IMG/VR virus record: IMGVR_UViG_3300021977_000001
Reading direction: 5' to 3' (one strand)
Length of the DNA: 64,000 bases
DNA from: a virus
The translations under genes were made by a program, and so were the position numbers. This document shows, one piece after another, positions 38,378-48,615 of this stretch. Below the pieces are notes generated by a model that saw nothing but the letters and a program-made list of their open reading frames with translations, did no database searches and had not been told where the DNA came from. The stretch's first letter is position 1, and each line of letters opens with the position of its first letter.

Positions 38378-41300
38378 TTACTCCTCCCCCTCATACAGTG
38401 CGAGTGCTCGCTTAGATCCAACTTCTAAAAGTGTGTTAGTCGTGCCTATGATCTCAGTAGCAAGCGCGATACGGTTAGAGATACTCTGATAGGCAAAGAT
38501 CATATCTATCGGAGTACCGCTTTTGGTCTCATGCTTGCCTTGTAGGACACGAGATACAACAGACTTCAGGTTATTACCTAACACTAACTTATCACCTGCT
38601 TCTTGAGAGGTAAGTGATGATAATGTCACGATAATCAACGCATGATCTAACTCTATACGTTGTTTCTCTATAATAACCGGCTCTGTCACACGACCTGTGG
38701 TAGCACGACCATCTTTATACTGCTTTGCTAACTGACTGCGTTGACGGTCAGCACGATTAGCAATGGCTTGTAACGTAGGACTCATATCAGACTTATCACC
38801 ATGATAAAGTACATCAATGCGTTCAACGTTACCCTTAAGTTTAGCCTTAGGGTTATTATTAGCCAATGTTTGTAAACTTGCTAACGTTTCTTCATCAAAT
38901 AACGCCCCATCATCAGTCAGGCCGTCTTCAATGGTACATAAAATACCATCAGCCTCAAGGGTCTCACCGACTTTAACAAGGTTAATTACTTGCTGGTCAA
39001 AGCGTACTAAAATAGCACGTGTCTTAACCGTTGGGGTACTTAATGCCTGTGACAATCTTGGTGATATTGCGGACCCATCCTCTAATGTATCTGATGTTTC
39101 CATCAAAACGACTTTTGCCATAGCTCCTGCTTTATAGCTTACCTGCTTAGGATCAAAGAAGTCAGGCTCAAAGAACGCTTCATTATAAGTAATCACGTCA
39201 CCTTGTTTAACTGTCTTCCCTACCGCTATATCGCATTTAAGCACATGCTTAGCACTACCGTCGGCTACTTTAGCATACTGCGTACCTATAGGCTTAGTTA
39301 CCTCAGTACCGTCTTTATAAGTAATGGTTACGGTAGCGTCATCTTTAGCAGTAATCTTGCCATCCTGTTTAGCTGTATAGGCGAAAAGATCATCAACACG
39401 GTGTGCCATGACTTTCTCATAGCCCGTACGTACCGGGGTACTTTTATAGCCCACTGCTTGAATACCTGAAGAGTGCTGAACCGAGGTCATGTTAGTACGT
39501 TTAGAACTATCTCTATCTGCACCCGGTGACAACAGCGAGACACTACTTACATATTTAGCAGGACCATCACCAGGCGTATAGTGGTCCGTCATACCACGCA
39601 GGTTACGTATTTTGGCATCCGGCGTTAGGTAAGTGGTGATGGCTACCTTAGCACTATCTGGTGTTGACTCTGAAATAACCCCTAGATCATTCTTATGGAA
39701 CATCCGTGAACGGCGTACCATGGTCTTAGTTGAACGACCTCCTTGACCGGCGAACGTTAACGTTTCATGCTCTTTAAGGTTGTGTACTGGGTTAGAGGTT
39801 TCAACCAATTCTGTTGATTCATCTTGGAGTACATTCAACCAGACGGCCTTAGGGTTAAGGTCAATAGATGCTTTAGATAACATGGGCTTGGCACGGTATT
39901 CACGAAGCGCTTCTACCATCTGCTTGTAAACCATCCCTGAGAAACGCTCATAGCCTCGAAGTCGCATAAAGGCACTATCCATTTCCTTAGGATGTTGGTC
40001 GGTTGCGACTAGCTCCACACTTCTAAATAACAACCCTTCAAAGGTAGTAGGTTCACCCATCTCCTGTAAGATTTCTTCAGTGATAGGATCAATGAACATT
40101 GTATCCATCAACTCCATCTCTTGGATGAAGCGGGCAGATAAACCTTGTTCGTTAATGATGTTAAAATACACATCAGGCTGATTGAAGTCATCTACGTTGT
40201 ACTGCTTGATGGCGTTCTTGTAGCTAGTAAATCCACCTAGGATTAAACTGGCTTCACGATCAGCACGTGATACGATCAACGACTCATCAGCAAAGACAAT
40301 GCGGTATTCTTGAGGTGCTAATTGCACGCGTGTGCCGACAGGAACACGTTTAACTTCTACGCCAAGTCGTTTAATCAGGTTATCTAGCCCTAACTTAAAG
40401 CCTAGTACCACACCCACCGGTATAGCCTTACTAAATACTTTAACCGTGGCCAACTCAATAGGAGGCTGACCGTCAGTAATGTCAATGACCTCGTAAAGTT
40501 CACCAATAGGCTCCATAGTCTCGCCTTTATGACGATAGACCATCTCGCTACGATCTAACGTATAGACATACTGACCATGTTTACCAATAACTACTTGTCC
40601 ATCAGTTTCAAACGCCGACACATCATCGATATTTAATACGCTAGCACGATTAGGATAATCCCACGTAAACAACACGTTATTATAGGTAAAAGTACGTATC
40701 TCTTTAGCGATGGCCGTATAGCCTCTGGGTAATACAACATCCGTAACCATAACATCGGCAAATGCAACGTCAGATAGTGGGCTGTTGTCTTCAAGCGTCT
40801 TTAATGTAAGGTGTTTAACTAACCACTTACCGTAGTCATTGACTACTTTGCCTGAACGCTCTACAAACGTCTTACCATAATAACTGGTTAACGCTACCGT
40901 AGAAGCTGATGTTTTCCTCAACGGCACGTCCGCCCTTTGTGTACGATATCTGACCTTGACTCCTCCTGCTAGAAACGTACCGTCCTCCTCTACTACAGGA
41001 AGTTTAAAACGAACGGTTGAAGGCTGACCTTTAACAGGGGTAAGTTTAACCGTATACATGTCGTACTTATCAACGGCATCGACAACGCGTTTAACCTGGT
41101 AGTCCGTTACCGCCACACCCGCCTGCTGTATGCCTAACGTCATAGCAGCAATGTCTTTTGGCATAACGTTTTTCACGTATTCTCGATGAAAAGCATTAAC
41201 GGATGTTGACAGCATGCTTTTATCTGTCACCCCTTTGATCTCAGGTAACGTGTCTTTAGGCGGCGTCAGTGTGATTGATGCGCTACCTGATGCAAGATCT

Positions 41301-42352
41301 TCTAACGAACCTTCACCATGCGGGTTAGGGATACGTGTGAATTGATCGGCAAGTTTAACCATGCGGCGATATTCGGCACCTGACAACACCCCAGCATCCG
41401 CTAGCTCGTTAGCCTGGCTAACAATAGCATCAGTACGTCGCTCGGCTAACGGTTTAATAGTAGGCGTGCCTGCGATAGCATCGTCTACTTCCTGCTCATG
41501 ATCGTTAGCAGTTATAACGGTACGGCGTTCAAACATCGCCATATAGAAACGGCGTAGCTTATCGTTAAGGTCGGTATCTGTCTCTTTCCATTCAACGAGG
41601 TTAGCTAGCGATAAAACCACCCATTGACCTGACTCAATAAAGACTAGGTTAATGCGGGATAGTACCTCTGATGGTACTTTACCTAACATGGTTACGCCCA
41701 TCTCGCCACTTAACCACAAATAAAGGTCTAGATAAGTTAATGATGCGTTTTCTTTAAATAGCGTCACTAACGTACGCGGCATCTCGCCCGGTGTCACCTT
41801 ACCCACAGCGCGTACAAGATCATCACGTTCAGGTAGGACTTTAGGTAAGCTAACTGGAATGTAATGTTGACGGTCTGTTTCTTTAGCTAGGTTAATGATT
41901 TCGCTATATAACGTAGTATGTAAGTTATAGTAGCGGTAATATGCAGCTAAAGCATGTTGACGATACTGATACACGCCTGTGAGTGAGGCATAGTTGCTAA
42001 CGATTAAGCTACGTGGATCACGTAGACCGCTTGCAAGACGGCGCAGTAAACGGTGCTTTCTAAACCGCTTGTGATAAGTCTGAACGCGCTGCTTATATAC
42101 ACCTCGATTAAGACGCGGTGCGCCTAACTCACTACTTAACGTCTCAATGTGGTGAATAAATACATCGCTGTCATGATTAAGGAGCAGTGGATCACGCGGA
42201 TCGATACCTATATCCGTAGACGCGGTAGGGAGGTAGTGAATAATACTATCGCGTGGTAGTTCGAGTTCTGATAGGGGAAAGGTCTTAGGGTTGACGAGGT
42301 GTTGAGGAGTTCTTACTCCATGTTCTCGGTAAAACGCGTCGTATAAAGACAT
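38378..42352 (-). CDS. Virion RNA polymerase beta subunit, N-terminal part (phiKZ gp178-like)
   Basis: Beta motifs NPVHNLKEH...GQGGRS, DLGVISESTPDS, DSSKRTNMTSVQ, DTLEDGSAIS, GDKLVLGNNLKSVVS and GTPIDMIF; 1324 aa. Confidence 0.92.
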   Translation of the reverse strand: MSLYDAFYREHGVRTPQHLVNPKTFPLSELELPRDSIIHYLPTASTDIGIDPRDPLLLNHDSDVFIHHIETLSSELGAPRLNRGVYKQRVQTYHKRFRKHRLLRRLASGLRDPRSLIVSNYASLTGVYQYRQHALAAYYRYYNLHTTLYSEIINLAKETDRQHYIPVSLPKVLPERDDLVRAVGKVTPGEMPRTLVTLFKENASLTYLDLYLWLSGEMGVTMLGKVPSEVLSRINLVFIESGQWVVLSLANLVEWKETDTDLNDKLRRFYMAMFERRTVITANDHEQEVDDAIAGTPTIKPLAERRTDAIVSQANELADAGVLSGAEYRRMVKLADQFTRIPNPHGEGSLEDLASGSASITLTPPKDTLPEIKGVTDKSMLSTSVNAFHREYVKNVMPKDIAAMTLGIQQAGVAVTDYQVKRVVDAVDKYDMYTVKLTPVKGQPSTVRFKLPVVEEDGTFLAGGVKVRYRTQRADVPLRKTSASTVALTSYYGKTFVERSGKVVNDYGKWLVKHLTLKTLEDNSPLSDVAFADVMVTDVVLPRGYTAIAKEIRTFTYNNVLFTWDYPNRASVLNIDDVSAFETDGQVVIGKHGQYVYTLDRSEMVYRHKGETMEPIGELYEVIDITDGQPPIELATVKVFSKAIPVGVVLGFKLGLDNLIKRLGVEVKRVPVGTRVQLAPQEYRIVFADESLIVSRADREASLILGGFTSYKNAIKQYNVDDFNQPDVYFNIINEQGLSARFIQEMELMDTMFIDPITEEILQEMGEPTTFEGLLFRSVELVATDQHPKEMDSAFMRLRGYERFSGMVYKQMVEALREYRAKPMLSKASIDLNPKAVWLNVLQDESTELVETSNPVHNLKEHETLTFAGQGGRSTKTMVRRSRMFHKNDLGVISESTPDSAKVAITTYLTPDAKIRNLRGMTDHYTPGDGPAKYVSSVSLLSPGADRDSSKRTNMTSVQHSSGIQAVGYKSTPVRTGYEKVMAHRVDDLFAYTAKQDGKITAKDDATVTITYKDGTEVTKPIGTQYAKVADGSAKHVLKCDIAVGKTVKQGDVITYNEAFFEPDFFDPKQVSYKAGAMAKVVLMETSDTLEDGSAISPRLSQALSTPTVKTRAILVRFDQQVINLVKVGETLEADGILCTIEDGLTDDGALFDEETLASLQTLANNNPKAKLKGNVERIDVLYHGDKSDMSPTLQAIANRADRQRSQLAKQYKDGRATTGRVTEPVIIEKQRIELDHALIIVTLSSLTSQEAGDKLVLGNNLKSVVSRVLQGKHETKSGTPIDMIFAYQSISNRIALATEIIGTTNTLLEVGSKRALALYEGEE

Positions 42353-42368
42353 ACGCTTGCCTCTTTAG

Positions 42369-42833
42369 TTACTGCAATGGATCAAAGCGACGAAGCTGAG
42401 CCTCGACCATTGCAAGGGTAATCGGATGTGTCGTTGTATCGTTAATTAACTGTTGCCAGCGATACAAGCGTTCGTAATTGAAACGCAGTTTAAGGTAATC
42501 GATGGGGTTATGTCGTGTCTGTGTAAGGGTTAGGTTATAGTACAGATCTATTTCACCTTCCCCAATATCCACTGATGTAAGTTGAACCCAGAGCGCGTTA
42601 CCTGGAGCGGGTAGGTGATCTTTAAACGCATAAAGGTCCTTATCCGCCTCTACCAACCCTCGAAACTGATGAAGGGTGATAGAGGTTAATAAGGGAGCGA
42701 GGTATTGCATTTGACCTAAATGACTAATCAGACGTTGTTTAAAGGAAGACTGCTGGCTAGCATGTTTAAGCACACGGTGGCTCATCTCCCTGTGGTAACG
42801 CATAATTAATGCCTGGTGTCGATCATGATTCAT
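42369..42833 (-). CDS. Hypothetical protein (accessory island)
   Basis: 154-aa ORF. Confidence 0.65.
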   Translation of the reverse strand: MNHDRHQALIMRYHREMSHRVLKHASQQSSFKQRLISHLGQMQYLAPLLTSITLHQFRGLVEADKDLYAFKDHLPAPGNALWVQLTSVDIGEGEIDLYYNLTLTQTRHNPIDYLKLRFNYERLYRWQQLINDTTTHPITLAMVEAQLRRFDPLQ

Positions 42834-43413
42834 AGCGCGGTTTCAACAAAGCAAAATATCCTTTGTCCTCTACAACGTTCATACACGCCCGGTACGCTTT
42901 AAAATCCGTTTCAGTGATCGTGATGGATGACGGACCAGGTACGCCTTGTTCAGGCGTTACCATGGGACTAAAAGTATTAATCAAGGCCAAGCTTCGACGG
43001 TACGCTAACGCTAGGCTCATGATCTTTTCTTTTACTAACGCCCCTGCCACATACATCGTAGGGTAGGGAACCATCAGATAAACCCATTGACGTTTACCGC
43101 CTGCAATGACGGTATTAACGGTAAGAGGGTACATGTCTTTATTATCAGTGACTGGAAACGGACTAGCCTGGAGTATGTAGGGCGTGTCTTCTACACAACT
43201 TAACATGTCGTTAATCACCACATCAACATCAGTATCGTTATCCATATTCATCAACGTAGAGGTATAGGTTTCTAGATCGCTATAGAAGTGCGTCAATATA
43301 GGTAACATGACTTTATGTAGGTCGGTTATATGGTCAACGATGGCGTCCATGCCTTTATGCAGGTGTCTGTTGAAGTTCACCGCATCGGCGTGCTGGTAGG
43401 TATAATGATTCAT
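42823..43413 (-). CDS. Hypothetical protein (accessory island)
   Basis: 196-aa ORF overlapping its neighbour. Confidence 0.65.
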   Translation of the reverse strand: MNHYTYQHADAVNFNRHLHKGMDAIVDHITDLHKVMLPILTHFYSDLETYTSTLMNMDNDTDVDVVINDMLSCVEDTPYILQASPFPVTDNKDMYPLTVNTVIAGGKRQWVYLMVPYPTMYVAGALVKEKIMSLALAYRRSLALINTFSPMVTPEQGVPGPSSITITETDFKAYRACMNVVEDKGYFALLKPRYES

Positions 43414-43416
43414 GCG

Positions 43417-43752
43417 CTAAGGGTCCTTTCTCGGAGGGACTAAGTGAATTAGTTTAAGGTCACGCGCCTTATGTAACACACTTAACATTAACCCTAGATA
43501 GACCGTCTCAATAGGCGTGTCGTCACTAAGGTCATACTTCTTTTGCCGTGCCTTTAAAATGTTACGTAACCTCTCTGCATGATTATAGCAGGTATGATAC
43601 TCATGTAAAGGACTTGCACCGATAAAGTTAAAGACTTTAACGCGTTTACTGGCGGTGAGGGTTTTGAGGGCTTCAATTAAATAATTTAAATGTTCGATGG
43701 CATCACCGATCCCAAGCGGTGTTTGGTCATCGCAGGCGATGGTGCGTCGCAT
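43417..43752 (-). CDS. Hypothetical protein (accessory island)
   Basis: 111-aa ORF with RBS AAGGA. Confidence 0.65.
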   Translation of the reverse strand: MRRTIACDDQTPLGIGDAIEHLNYLIEALKTLTASKRVKVFNFIGASPLHEYHTCYNHAERLRNILKARQKKYDLSDDTPIETVYLGLMLSVLHKARDLKLIHLVPPRKDP

Positions 43753-44453
43753 AGTGTCATCCTTACGTGTTATGGGACGGGTTCATAACGATGCACTTTT
43801 CCTGAGGTTTTTTCTCGTTTAGTTAACATGGGCTAGGTTTACGTTTGGGTTTCCCTCTCTTCCCCCCGCGACCCCCCATCTCCACCCTTCCTCTCCTGGG
43901 GGGATTCTAATAATCCCCCCTTTGGGGGAATGGGGTTGTCGCTACGCTCCGCTCATACCTTATAAACGAGTATGTTACAAAATAATGACATAGCTAATAT
44001 TTAGTATATATTTAAAAATAACAAGTAATAATTATTTTAGAAATAGACGAAATTACAAGTAACCTATATTTAGGAATAAATACAAGTAACTAATCATTTA
44101 AAATTAAGAAATATAAACAAATTAATGAAATACAATCAACCAGACAAACAAATAGTTTTATAAATTAAAAATCAAATTTATTAAAACAGAAATTAGAAAC
44201 ACACAACAAGTAGGCAAATTTTGGACATCGCGTGAGCGGGCCGTGGCGGGGTTTTCCACCCAACCCTGTAGGTTGGTATAGGTTAGCCATTATACTATCT
44301 TTAAATAGAAATATAGACACACGTTAAGGCAAAAAAGAAAGAGAGGCAAGAAGGGCGTGACTGCCCCTTCCTGAACTCCCCTCTTCCTTTTACTATTACA
44401 AGACAAGAGTGCGTGACAAGTCTTGTAAATCGGCTAGCGTACTACCTTGTACT
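43753..44453. other. Long structured non-coding region, candidate origin or regulatory locus
   Basis: Largest ORF-free stretch in the window: C-run/G-run block, hairpins, an extremely AT-rich tract and ACAAGTA repeats. Confidence 0.5.
44021..44212 (+). repeat. ACAAGTA direct repeats in an AT-rich tract
   Basis: Copies at 44021, 44055, 44082 and 44206. Confidence 0.7.
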
Positions 44454-45482
44454 TCATTTAGACATAGGGAACGTATAGCAGATTCTAGCATCACCTACTA
44501 CGGTTTCTATCTCTAAATTATCTAAAGCATCAACAATGATAGCAAGTGCACTTTCACGTTGTTTCTTATTACCCTTTAAAACGATGTCTTTATTCACCTT
44601 GTTGTTAAAGGTAAACGTGGTGATACTATCTTTGATATACATTGGAAGATAACTATTGATCAGACCAGAAGCCGTGTTTAGAAGGCTCCATTCAACTACT
44701 GTACGGATTATCTGAATGCAGAAGTACACGATAAGGTGCGCTGTCCTAGGTGCATTAGGGTCACATACTGCTTCGTAGTCAAACTGTTTAAGAGCGTAAA
44801 AGGTATCTATACTTTCTGAATATACATTCTTACCACGCAATGCGATGACGCGCTTAGTTAGTTCAATCAATGTATTCAAATCACTAGTAACCGCCTCTGA
44901 CTCATCTTTATCGTTAGAAGATGTGGATGTATTGTCGTTATCAGTATAACGAACGGCAGTAGTACCATAGAGACCATATAGATACAATGTGTCACCACGG
45001 AAGGTCGTTCCCATCCCTATTGCGTTGAACATGTCAATGATCAGCGACATTTCATCCGGTACGGATTTACCATAATGTCTGATAGTGTCTATGGCAGTGG
45101 TTTCATCGATGCTTTCTTTAGTACAAAACCACACATGTAGCATGGATGATAAGATATCGGATTCTTGATGCCACATGTTCTGCAGTTGTTTACCAAAACA
45201 GTCCCAGATATCTACTTCGGTAAGCGTAGATAGTTTAGACAATAACGCTGTTGCTAATTGCGCCCATAGCGCAGCATGGCGATTGCCCGACATGCTTTGA
45301 CAATAAATAACGTCTTGATTCAGACGTGTTGCGTATTTAATAATGGTTTCAATGCTCGCTGTCTCGGGATTACAGATAGTAGCAACGATGTGGTGATAGT
45401 GGTTAAGCGCAGTACGGACAATTAACTGCTGGTTAGACTTACTGCCATTTTGAGCAGGTGTAAATGGATAATGTTGTCTCAT
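44454..45482 (-). CDS. Hypothetical protein (accessory island)
   Basis: 342-aa helical ORF. Confidence 0.7.
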   Translation of the reverse strand: MRQHYPFTPAQNGSKSNQQLIVRTALNHYHHIVATICNPETASIETIIKYATRLNQDVIYCQSMSGNRHAALWAQLATALLSKLSTLTEVDIWDCFGKQLQNMWHQESDILSSMLHVWFCTKESIDETTAIDTIRHYGKSVPDEMSLIIDMFNAIGMGTTFRGDTLYLYGLYGTTAVRYTDNDNTSTSSNDKDESEAVTSDLNTLIELTKRVIALRGKNVYSESIDTFYALKQFDYEAVCDPNAPRTAHLIVYFCIQIIRTVVEWSLLNTASGLINSYLPMYIKDSITTFTFNNKVNKDIVLKGNKKQRESALAIIVDALDNLEIETVVGDARICYTFPMSK

Positions 45483-45518
45483 TGGTTTGTTTCCTTGTTA
45501 TATTACATTAAGGGCTTT

Positions 45519-45550
45519 ACGGCATAGAGCAGGGACTACCGTCCCTGCTG
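45519..45550 (-). terminator. Terminator (hairpin + TATGCCG)
   Basis: GCAGGGAC-loop-GTCCCTGC followed on the minus strand by TCTATGCCGT. Confidence 0.7.
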
Positions 45551-46066
45551 TTTAAATATAGTTAAATACTCATTTACAATATCATAACCATACCCTACTC
45601 GCGGTAGAATATACTTTAAGATAGGATAGATCTTGTACCGACTAGCGTTAGCAATAGTCATTGTACTTCGATACTTGTCAATATCTACGATACTGTGGTC
45701 TTTGCTAATTGCATTGTTAATGAATGTGACATCAGGTATGGTACTTAACGTCTTAATAGCATCTACACGTTTTATTAGTAACTTAGGATTATGGTTACCT
45801 ATACCTTTATCGCGACAGGCCTGCAGTGTCCAAAATAGAATCAATGCTTTACCTTTGTGATAATTAGGTACACCTAAATTAGCAGTGAAATTAGTATACA
45901 ACGTATTAACTTCGTCATATAACGTTTCAATAATAAACGTAGCTTGTTTAGTGTGGGTGTATTCCCAACGGGTTATTGCGGTGATGATTTCTAAGAACCG
46001 ATCACGAAAACGCTGCTCTTCTTGATTTAACTTCACTGGCAGCTTATAACGACTTGACGTTACCAT
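45536..46066 (-). CDS. Hypothetical protein (accessory island)
   Basis: 176-aa ORF. Confidence 0.7.
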   Translation of the reverse strand: MVTSSRYKLPVKLNQEEQRFRDRFLEIITAITRWEYTHTKQATFIIETLYDEVNTLYTNFTANLGVPNYHKGKALILFWTLQACRDKGIGNHNPKLLIKRVDAIKTLSTIPDVTFINNAISKDHSIVDIDKYRSTMTIANASRYKIYPILKYILPRVGYGYDIVNEYLTIFKQQGR

Positions 46067-46180
46067 GTACTACATGTCCTTGCTTTACGGGGTAGTGAAT
46101 CTATTACAGTCTATGGCATGTAGACTATACACTTCAAGACTAAAGCGTCTCACATCATACCCTGTTTCATACGTACTTGG

Positions 46181-46480
46181 CTAAAAGACAATAATGCCTT
46201 TCTTAGTACACACCCCTCCTGTTACCCATCCAAACGCATCTGATTCTAACGGTTTAACTTTAATACCATTATCTTCAAAGATATTAATAGCATGGTAGTT
46301 AGGGTTGCCCTTTTCAGTAATGAATACAGAATCAATCAACGATCTAACTAACGGATAGTATCGATCTACAATATCACCTTGTAAATACTCTTCCTGTTGA
46401 ATACGATCATCATTGCCTAAAGAATTAACTTGATTAAAAAGATCATTGAGTTGAGCAGTGTAAGTGCTGTTAGCGTCCAT
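46181..46480 (-). CDS. Hypothetical early protein
   Basis: Start moved to the ATG at 46480 because a TATATTAT promoter (46522-46529) lies inside the longer predicted ORF. Ends with FGWVTGGVCTKKGIIVF. Confidence 0.7.
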   Translation of the reverse strand: MDANSTYTAQLNDLFNQVNSLGNDDRIQQEEYLQGDIVDRYYPLVRSLIDSVFITEKGNPNYHAINIFEDNGIKVKPLESDAFGWVTGGVCTKKGIIVF

Positions 46481-46547
46481 AGTAACTATTCCTAATAGAG
46501 TAAAAAGGTTATTGCCTAAAGATAATATAGGTCTCAAAAATACTACA

Positions 46548-46585
46548 ACGGCATAGATAGGATGGCTGCCATCACCATCCTACTA
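46548..46585 (-). terminator. Terminator (hairpin + TATGCCG)
   Basis: TAGGATGG...CCATCCTA stem followed on the minus strand by TCTATGCCGT. Confidence 0.7.
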
Positions 46586-46586
46586 C

Positions 46587-46838
46587 TTATGCACTTACTA
46601 CAGCAAACTTCCAACCAGACATATCATCATCACGGTGATCACAATCAGGATCGTTGATGTGAAGATTACATGCACGGTTAGTTTCGATCTTACCTGTAGG
46701 CATGATCCAGGTGGTACCGACGTCATGCGTCAAACCCTGCTTAACCAAAGCGCCACACTCACAGGTGTAAATTGCGATCTTTGGCATATGCGGGCCGGAC
46801 GTAAGCGTCATGGTCGATGAACACGATTTACATTTCAT
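46587..46838 (-). CDS. Small Cys-rich (zinc-ribbon-like) protein
   Basis: CKSC...CEC plus C/H-rich C-terminus; 83 aa; RBS AAGGAG. Confidence 0.65.
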   Translation of the reverse strand: MKCKSCSSTMTLTSGPHMPKIAIYTCECGALVKQGLTHDVGTTWIMPTGKIETNRACNLHINDPDCDHRDDDMSGWKFAVVSA

Positions 46839-46901
46839 GGCGCACTCCTTGGTTAATTTAATGAATAGAGACTCATGTAATAGGTAAACGCGTGTAAAAC
46901 C

Positions 46902-48524
46902 TTAAGCACGCGTAAGATTATACAAGGCCCAGTCTATTAGGTCGGTGCTTGCCTGTTGGAGACCTCCACGTGGATCGAGATAAGCCTCCTTACTATTCAA
47001 ATACTGCTCTACTTCATCTTTGGCTTTCTTATCGTAAAGATAGTTAACTGAGATCATATCACCGTCATAGTCCCCACCGAGCCCAATCAACCTAGAGCCA
47101 TGAACCATGGCACTGTCCATGTAACTATCACTGTGGTCGGTATTTGGCATCTCTTTAGCTAGTAAACGTTCTTCATCACGTTCCCATACGTCATTAAGTA
47201 CATGACGTACAAGACCGGTAGTCGTCGTTCTAAGGTATACTCTACTATAATAAGTAGAACCGATACCTGTTACCGGATAACGTGTTACCACGCATTTAAC
47301 ATCATTAAAACGTTCATAACAGCTTAGGTAAAACAACTCAGCCCAAGTAACAGGCCTAACATGACTTAAGTCACGATCATCCGGCATTTGATTGATGTCG
47401 TTAAAGATGCGTACTTCTTGACCATTATCGTAAATAAGACCAATATAATGACCGTTTACGGTAGCGTGTCTATTTCTAAAATGGCGGTCTTGGAATTGAT
47501 TAATTAATTGCTCAATACCTTCAGCACTACTCATTTTATCAATGGTAGCAGGATCCACATCAACAGTAACTAACTTAAGCGTTTTAGGATCGACTAGCCT
47601 AACACCGCTATCGCTTTGGCTGAACACCTCACCGATGAGTCCGTCTCGTATACAAAAGATAGAAAGAGGCAAACATCCTTTTAGGGTTTGAAATAGACCT
47701 ACCATGGTATCGTGTACGTCAGGCATCTTAGGATCGTCACTACTTACTGCAGAGGTTGTCATGGCTGAGATAACGTTACGTGTTCCATTGAAGATCTTAC
47801 GACGGCCCCATTTGCTTTGAATGAAACCACGCTTACCTTCGATCATGGTTCTAAGCGTTTCGTATATCTGATTAAACGCTAGTTGCATACTCCATCGTAC
47901 AGAGTTAAATAACTCACCGTCTAAATTACCCTGGGTGACGCTAATAGTTTTAGCAATACTCAGACATCTACGGTATAAATCGTTGATCTCGTCTTCTTTA
48001 ACCCGCCCACCGTCTGTATTTTCTAAATCACGTAACCCAGCAGGAATTACAATGAGATGCTTTACTGTTGCTACATCTTTGTACTTTTCAATAAGATCGA
48101 TTTTAAGATCACGTTTCTTAGACCGATTACGCTTTAACGTTAACGCTTTAAAATGTGACATAAAGAACGCATAGCCGGTTTTACCGTCTTGAGCATTCGA
48201 GGCTTCAAAGTCATTAATCTTATCATTCCATACGGCGTACGTTTTACCGCTTAGTATATTCTTATACAAAGCACGCATAGTTGTTAATGTTTTAAAGATT
48301 ACCGGATGCAAGACAGCAACCTTCATGTCTATAAACGCAAATTGATTATCACGACGCACCTCACCCATACGTCCAAAGATATCAGTAGAGTATAAACCTT
48401 CGGGGTGAAAGTTAAGATGGTCCTGACGCTCGTATATATCTAGCGAACGTATTTCAGGTAGAGATCGGGTAAAATTAACACTGGATAACAAATCAATGTT
48501 AAAGGGAAGTTTATCGACTGACAC
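46902..48524 (-). CDS. Virion RNA polymerase beta' subunit with catalytic motif (phiKZ gp180-like)
   Basis: GLYSTDIFG, FNGTRNVIS, VTRYPV and catalytic GGDYDGD; 540 aa. Confidence 0.93.
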   Translation of the reverse strand: MSVDKLPFNIDLLSSVNFTRSLPEIRSLDIYERQDHLNFHPEGLYSTDIFGRMGEVRRDNQFAFIDMKVAVLHPVIFKTLTTMRALYKNILSGKTYAVWNDKINDFEASNAQDGKTGYAFFMSHFKALTLKRNRSKKRDLKIDLIEKYKDVATVKHLIVIPAGLRDLENTDGGRVKEDEINDLYRRCLSIAKTISVTQGNLDGELFNSVRWSMQLAFNQIYETLRTMIEGKRGFIQSKWGRRKIFNGTRNVISAMTTSAVSSDDPKMPDVHDTMVGLFQTLKGCLPLSIFCIRDGLIGEVFSQSDSGVRLVDPKTLKLVTVDVDPATIDKMSSAEGIEQLINQFQDRHFRNRHATVNGHYIGLIYDNGQEVRIFNDINQMPDDRDLSHVRPVTWAELFYLSCYERFNDVKCVVTRYPVTGIGSTYYSRVYLRTTTTGLVRHVLNDVWERDEERLLAKEMPNTDHSDSYMDSAMVHGSRLIGLGGDYDGDMISVNYLYDKKAKDEVEQYLNSKEAYLDPRGGLQQASTDLIDWALYNLTRA

Positions 48525-48615
48525 AGGTAACCTCCTTAAGGGGTGATATGTCGTTAAATCTATGATACGTCACTATATAACGTAGACTTTTATTTTATTA
48601 CACTAGGGGTAGGCT

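Noticed and set aside
43753-44453. Possible tRNA genes or CRISPR array in the long non-coding region
   Set aside because: No cloverleaf with T-loop GTTC or CCA end was found. The repeats are 7-mers with irregular spacing, not 25-40 bp repeats with unique spacers.
47058-47085. Catalytic motif GGDYDGD instead of bacterial NADFDGD
   Set aside because: All three Asp residues are intact, and such variation is typical of phiKZ-like virion RNAPs.
5161-48524. Possible introns or inteins in polymerase, terminase and vRNAP genes, which are common in this phage group
   Set aside because: All are single uninterrupted ORFs of expected size, with no C/S...HN intein ends or LAGLIDADG inserts seen.
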